Source: Thermodesulfobacteriota bacterium (GTDB lineage: Bacteria > Desulfobacterota > Binatia > Bin18). From it: a DNA stretch of 64,000 nt. The stretch is from the NCBI GenBank assembly GCA_964291405.2, contig OZ219926.1, positions 3,328,001 to 3,392,000 of the forward strand, given 5' to 3'. Under the pieces are notes generated by a model. That model was given only the letters and a program-made list of their open reading frames with translations. It ran no database searches and was not told where the DNA came from. The position numbers and the translations under genes were made by a program. Within the stretch, counting starts at the first letter, position 1. Each line of letters opens with the position of its first letter. Shown here in pieces: positions 58,992 through 64,000 of the stretch.

Positions 58992-61900
58992 ATGCGCCCA
59001 CAAAAACTCAGCCTCAAGAATTTCATGCCCTTTCGGGCGACAGGTGATCAGGAGCACGAAGTCGACTTTTCGCAACTCGACCTGTTCTCCATTACCGGCC
59101 CGATGGCCAGCGGCAAGTCAGCGCTCATCGACGCTATGGTCTGGTGCCTGTATGGCCGCACCGCACGCTACGGTACGGATTCAAAAGGGGTGATCTCGAC
59201 CGGTGAGCAGACGTGTGAGGTCGCGCTCGACTTTACGCTTGGATCGCGCTGGTTTCGGGCCGTAAGACGAACGGGGAAAATCACAGACTCCGGTCTCAGC
59301 GAACGCGAAGGGGAAGAGTGGATACAGGATGCCTCCGGGTCTGCGCGGCTTACCAGACGGATTGAAGAGCTCCTGGGCCTCGATTTTGACAGCTTCACCA
59401 AAACCGTCATCCTTCCCCAAGGCCGGTATGCCGAATTTCTCACCAGCGAGCCAAAAAAACGGCGCGAGTTACTGGCAAAAATCCTGGAGCTTGGCGTGTA
59501 TTCTCGGGTGGCCGACCGGGCCAAACTTGTGGCTGACCGGGAAAAAACTCGGGCGGAAACGCTGCGTGAAACTCTGGCTCAATACGCCGGTTTGAGTCAG
59601 GAGCATATTGCGCTTCAGAAAGAAGAACTTTCCAAGCTCAGCCAGCGCATTGAACAGGTTTCTCAGCAGGAGCAACGCTTGCGCGATGTGGCCCAACACG
59701 CCGATCAAATAGCAGGCTTGCGAAGTCGCGTGACCGAGCTTCAGACCGAAGTGCAGACGCGTACTCGGGAGAAAGGGCTGGCGCAAAAAAAAGCCGATGA
59801 GGCGATCGCCCAGGTTGCCAGTCTGACCGGTGAATTGGCAAAGATTGGTCAGGAGCGAGAAGCGCTGGGATACGACGCGGCACGCCACGAAGTCGTCAAA
59901 CGTGCGGCTGTCCACCTCAAAGAATGGGCGAGCGTCCGCGAGGAAGCAGAACGGAAAAAGATAGAACGGACCGCTATCCAGGGAGAAGTTGATGCTCTTG
60001 TACAACAGATCGCAGACCACACACAGCAGGTCGAGCAGGCGCAGTCTCAATATCAGACCCACACCTCCACGTTTGAGCAGCTTATTGCCGAAGCAGGCGA
60101 CGTGGCTGCGCTGACGGAAAAGCTCAGTGCAGCAAGACGCTGGAAGGAGCTGCAACAGGAACAACAGCGACTAACCTTTCGGATAGAGACTCTGCGCCGG
60201 GACCACACCGCGACCCAACACCGTCTGGATGACCTGAAGCGACAAGACGCGAGTCATGAGCAGAACGTCCGAGAACTAAAAGACAAGCTCGAAGGAGCAA
60301 AAGAAGATGAGCGGCAGAAGCGCCAGTTGATGGCTGAAGCCGAACGCCTGGGCCGAGAATTGCAAGAGGCGGCTGAGGCGGAAGAACGAGTCAGAGCTGA
60401 ACTTGAGACTGCCCGTGCTGAGCTGACCAGGGCCGTTAACGCCGCCCAGCAGGCTCAGCAGGAGTTCGCTCAAGCCGAAGAGCAGGAGCACGCGGCCCGC
60501 ACCGCGCTTGAAGACAAGCAACGCCAGCACGAAGCCGCCCACCTGCGGGCTACGCTTCACGTTGGCGACCCCTGTCCCGTATGTCAGACTACCGTCAGCC
60601 AGATCCCCGTTGCTCAAGAAGCTGGGGACGACCTCAAGATGCTTCAGACTCAAATGGAACACGTCATACAGGCCGCTCAACAAAAACGCACAGAAGCGCA
60701 GGAAGCAAACACCACGGTGGCCACACGCCGGGCGAGACTTGATGCTGCGGAGCAGGGGTTGAAGGAACGCGAACGCCTCAGACAAGAAGTCCGGAACAGC
60801 TTTGTGTCACGGTTCCCCGGTTATGCGTCTCCTTCCGAAGCTCTTCAGGCTATACGGACCCAGCAAGAAGAGATGAGCGCAGCGCTCAGAGACATGGAAG
60901 CTCAGGTCGTATCCGCCGAGCAGGAAAAAGCGAGACTGTCAGGCCAACGTGAAGCCGCGCAACAAGGAGAGGCAACGCTGGGTGGAGAGTTGCGCGTGAC
61001 AACCGAAAGGCTGGAGGTCGATACACGCGAATTAGGAGTGCTCGGACGTGGGCTTGCTGCATTTTTCGCTACTAATGGCGACCCTGAGCAGAGTGTGGCA
61101 CAACGCCGGACTACGGTGATACAGGCTGAGCAACGGATGAAAGAGGCGGAGAAAGCCTTGCGTCAACTCGAATCGGTGCTCAACTCGTTGAAAACAACCC
61201 AGGTCCAAAAGGATGGCGACCTCAAATTGTTCGCCTCCGAGTACAAAGGCGCATTGCTTCGAGCCGAGCGCGAAGCACAGGCCGTGCGTACCTGCCTTGG
61301 TCTGGCGGAAGACGCGGTGCTGCCACAGACTGAAGACGTAGAAAATGAACTCAACGCGCTGTCGGACAAGCAAACCCGGTACGCCGACTTGTTGCAGCGT
61401 GAAGAAAACGCACGAGCGAGGCGAGAACAGGCTGAACGCCAAGCCACCGAGTCACAGGCCGACCTTCAAGCCCGAACGCATATGCTGGAGGAGTCACACA
61501 AGAAGCGGCAACAGGCATCCAACACGATTGCAGAGGAGCGGGAAAAGCTTCGTGGGCTGATCGAGCAACACAACCTCACCGACGCAGGCGAAGACGGAGA
61601 GCAGATCAAACCCCAACTTGAAACGGTTCGGGGACAGATGATGTCTCTCCAAGAACAACGCGGGCGTTTAGAGGCCGAACATGCCGAAGCCAAACGTCGT
61701 TGGCAGGAGAAAGAGCAAGAAGAAGAAAAGCTGCACGCCGCACAGAGTGAAGAACGTCTGGCCTCGGACCTGCGTAAGCTCCTGGGTTCGGAATTTACCG
61801 ATTTCTTGTCGCGGGGAGCCATAGAGGCTCTGATGCGCGATGCGTCCGCTCACCTGCAACGCCTCACCCACGGGCGGTATGCGTTTGATATTGCGTATCG

Positions 61901-62273
61901 GGGGCGGGCGATCACACTCCAAATTGTCGACCACGAAGATCAGCGCCGTGCCCGGCCTACCCATTCGCTGTCGGGCGGAGAAACGTTTTTAGCCTCGCTC
62001 GCTATTGCGCTCGCGCTCTCACAAGGATTTCGGACCGTGGCGACCGGTCGGGCGGCACAGACCTCAACCGAATGCCTGATTCTGGATGAGGGGTTCGGGA
62101 CGCTGGACCGGGAAGGGGTACAGATGGTCACGGAAACCCTGCAAGAGTTGCGGGGCGAAGAAGGTCGGATGGTAGGCATTATTACCCATGTCGAAGAAGT
62201 CGCTGCGGCCATGCCCATGCGCATAGAAGTACGCAAAGGTGGCAGGACGAGCGAGATTACGGTATCAGGCTAA
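58992..62273 (+). CDS. sbcC: SbcC/Rad50 SMC-like ATPase
   Basis: Walker A GPMASGKS, Q-loop LPQG, long coiled coil with CPVC hook, LSGGE, LDEGFGTLD, IITH. Confidence 0.95.
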   Translation: MRPQKLSLKNFMPFRATGDQEHEVDFSQLDLFSITGPMASGKSALIDAMVWCLYGRTARYGTDSKGVISTGEQTCEVALDFTLGSRWFRAVRRTGKITDSGLSEREGEEWIQDASGSARLTRRIEELLGLDFDSFTKTVILPQGRYAEFLTSEPKKRRELLAKILELGVYSRVADRAKLVADREKTRAETLRETLAQYAGLSQEHIALQKEELSKLSQRIEQVSQQEQRLRDVAQHADQIAGLRSRVTELQTEVQTRTREKGLAQKKADEAIAQVASLTGELAKIGQEREALGYDAARHEVVKRAAVHLKEWASVREEAERKKIERTAIQGEVDALVQQIADHTQQVEQAQSQYQTHTSTFEQLIAEAGDVAALTEKLSAARRWKELQQEQQRLTFRIETLRRDHTATQHRLDDLKRQDASHEQNVRELKDKLEGAKEDERQKRQLMAEAERLGRELQEAAEAEERVRAELETARAELTRAVNAAQQAQQEFAQAEEQEHAARTALEDKQRQHEAAHLRATLHVGDPCPVCQTTVSQIPVAQEAGDDLKMLQTQMEHVIQAAQQKRTEAQEANTTVATRRARLDAAEQGLKERERLRQEVRNSFVSRFPGYASPSEALQAIRTQQEEMSAALRDMEAQVVSAEQEKARLSGQREAAQQGEATLGGELRVTTERLEVDTRELGVLGRGLAAFFATNGDPEQSVAQRRTTVIQAEQRMKEAEKALRQLESVLNSLKTTQVQKDGDLKLFASEYKGALLRAEREAQAVRTCLGLAEDAVLPQTEDVENELNALSDKQTRYADLLQREENARARREQAERQATESQADLQARTHMLEESHKKRQQASNTIAEEREKLRGLIEQHNLTDAGEDGEQIKPQLETVRGQMMSLQEQRGRLEAEHAEAKRRWQEKEQEEEKLHAAQSEERLASDLRKLLGSEFTDFLSRGAIEALMRDASAHLQRLTHGRYAFDIAYRGRAITLQIVDHEDQRRARPTHSLSGGETFLASLAIALALSQGFRTVATGRAAQTSTECLILDEGFGTLDREGVQMVTETLQELRGEEGRMVGIITHVEEVAAAMPMRIEVRKGGRTSEITVSG

Positions 62274-62313
62274 GGCATTCACTCTCTGGAAGAGACCGTT
62301 AAGGAGGAGGGTC

Positions 62314-63183
62314 ATGGCACTGCATTCAGCAACAGTCGGCTCTGTTGGACAACCGTTTGTCAGCGAAATCGATGCGCGTTGGGTCATGTCGTACGCGGCC
62401 GGACTCGACGATTATTTACCCTGTTATATGGACACCTGCCGACCGGACGGGATCGTTGCTCACCCGCTCTTTCCGGTCTGTATTGAGTGGCCGGTCATGC
62501 TCGCCATGCGAGACAGTGCCCTGAAACGGAAAGAGGCTCTGCGGGGCGTTCATGCCACACACGATCTGGTGATTCACCGTCTTATCCGGGCGGGCGAAAA
62601 GCTGACAACGCAGGCCACGGTGGCCGGTGTTGAACAGCGCAAGCCGGGGGCCTATCAGACCGTCCGTTTTGATACTCGGGACGCCAATGGCCAGCCGGTC
62701 TGTTCGACCTGGTACGGAACGCTCTTTCGTGGGGTTGACGTCGAGGGGGAGAACATCCCGGTCTCCGACCTGCCGACCCCATTGGAACCGCTCGATGCAG
62801 CAACAGGAGCGGAAGCGGAAATCCCGGTGACGATTTCGGCCGGCGCGGCCCATGTCTACACCGAGTGCGCGCGTATCTGGAACCCAATTCATACCGATCC
62901 GGCGGTGGCCGAGCAGTATGGATTACCGGGGCTGATCCTGCACGGTACCGCAACGCTGGCGCAGGGTATCTCCTGTGTCGTTGCCCAGGAAACCAGCGGC
63001 CATCCGGAACGGGTCAAACGGATCACCGGTCGTTTTGGCGCCATGGTGTTCATGCCTTCGCGCCTGACCGTACGGATCGTGTCGCGGGAGGCGAGCGCGG
63101 AGGGCGACGTGGTGCGGTTTGAGATACGGACTGAGGAGGGCAAGCCCGCGGTGCGGGATGGGGCCATTATTTTGGGAGAATAG
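62314..63183 (+). CDS. Double-hotdog MaoC-family (R)-enoyl-CoA hydratase-like protein
   Basis: AGGAGG RBS; YAAG, VAHPLF, GVHA, WNPIHTD..VA...GLPGLILHG. Confidence 0.85.
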   Translation: MALHSATVGSVGQPFVSEIDARWVMSYAAGLDDYLPCYMDTCRPDGIVAHPLFPVCIEWPVMLAMRDSALKRKEALRGVHATHDLVIHRLIRAGEKLTTQATVAGVEQRKPGAYQTVRFDTRDANGQPVCSTWYGTLFRGVDVEGENIPVSDLPTPLEPLDAATGAEAEIPVTISAGAAHVYTECARIWNPIHTDPAVAEQYGLPGLILHGTATLAQGISCVVAQETSGHPERVKRITGRFGAMVFMPSRLTVRIVSREASAEGDVVRFEIRTEEGKPAVRDGAIILGE

Positions 63184-63240
63184 AGTTGTGGGTAAATAAG
63201 AGTTTAGCCAATAAGGGCACGGAGAAGGAGAGATAGGTGT

Positions 63241-64000
63241 ATGCAACGTGGACTGATTTTTCCCGGAGGTGGCATGTCGCAGCGCGACATGATGGTTGTG
63301 GCCAAAGAAGCCGAAGCGGCCGGTTTTGATTCTCTGTATGTCACCGAAGCCTGGCGTAGCGCCTTCGTGCCGTTGACCGCGCTTGCCCTGGCAACCGAAC
63401 GGATCCGGATTGGTTCCTACGTGCTGAACGCCTACGGCCGCAGCCCTTTTATTGCGGGTATGAGTGCGGTCGATGTGGATGAGCTTTCCGGTGGACGGCT
63501 GCTGCTCGGGGTTGGCAGCGGCAACCGGCATATTAACGCCGAGTGGCAGGGTGTTCCGCATGAGAAACCCTACCAGAAAATGACCGAGTATATTGAAAAC
63601 CTCAAACAAATCGTCCAGACTCCAGCCGGCTCGCGCGTCTCATACCAGGGCGAAATTCATACCATGGACTGGGTGCCGGCGGTGACGCCTGTTCGCGAGA
63701 GCATTCCCATATACATCTCTGCCATTTTCCCCCGTATGGTCCGCGTCGCCGGCCGGGTCGCGGACGGTATAGCCATGGGCGCGATATTATCCGCACCGTA
63801 CGCGCGCGAGGTGATTCAACCTGCGGCCCGAAAATCTGCGGAAGAGGCTGATCGCGACCCGCGCGCCCTCGGTTTTCTGATGGGCTCGTTTGTCTCGGTG
63901 CATGAGGAGCGTGAAGTTGCCCGCCAGGCCGCGCGTGAAGCGATCTGTCGTCTCTTCTCTCCGCTGCCGCATCCGTACTACGAGTATATGCTGCGGGAGC
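63241..64000 (+). CDS. LLM-class (F420-type) oxidoreductase, truncated by window end; absent from ORF track
   Basis: ATG 63241: MQRGLIFPGG..AKEAEAAGFDSLYVTEAWRSAFVPLTALALATERIRIGS..LSGGRLLLGVGSG; open to window end. Confidence 0.88.
   Translation, partial: MQRGLIFPGGGMSQRDMMVVAKEAEAAGFDSLYVTEAWRSAFVPLTALALATERIRIGSYVLNAYGRSPFIAGMSAVDVDELSGGRLLLGVGSGNRHINAEWQGVPHEKPYQKMTEYIENLKQIVQTPAGSRVSYQGEIHTMDWVPAVTPVRESIPIYISAIFPRMVRVAGRVADGIAMGAILSAPYAREVIQPAARKSAEEADRDPRALGFLMGSFVSVHEEREVARQAAREAICRLFSPLPHPYYEYMLRE

Overview
Gene-dense, GC-rich bacterial chromosome segment from a diderm (two TonB-dependent receptors), with about 55 CDS and no rRNA, tRNA, CRISPR array or intact transposase/integrase that I can recognise. 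It is dominated by catabolic and redox enzymes: 5 luciferase-like monooxygenases, 3 acyl-CoA dehydrogenases, 3 crotonases, thiolase, CoA transferase, hydantoinase A/B, TcuA/PrpB/PrpD-like genes, P450, peroxiredoxins and OxyR. Signals the ORF track misses or mis-calls: (1) a two-domain rhodanese whose catalytic Cys codon is an in-frame TGA followed by a SECIS-like hairpin, i.e. a probable selenoprotein (1093-1914); (2) a complete nurA-herA-sbcD(mre11)-sbcC(rad50) operon (55066-62273); (3) an OxyR-like gene facing a catalase gene deleted down to its last 34 codons; (4) a composite palindrome plus 9-mer repeat family, with two inverted copies bracketing one gene and one copy interrupted by a 54-bp mini inverted-repeat insert; (5) an eroded ABC-ATPase + PIN module between 26-bp direct repeats at the 3' end of an MFS gene; (6) an uncharacterised SdpA/SdpB(HTTM)-like membrane pair; (7) an RHH-PIN toxin-antitoxin module with an operator palindrome inside a catabolic operon; (8) frameshifts in a TonB receptor and a CoA transferase. 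All family calls come from reading motifs; no database searches were run.
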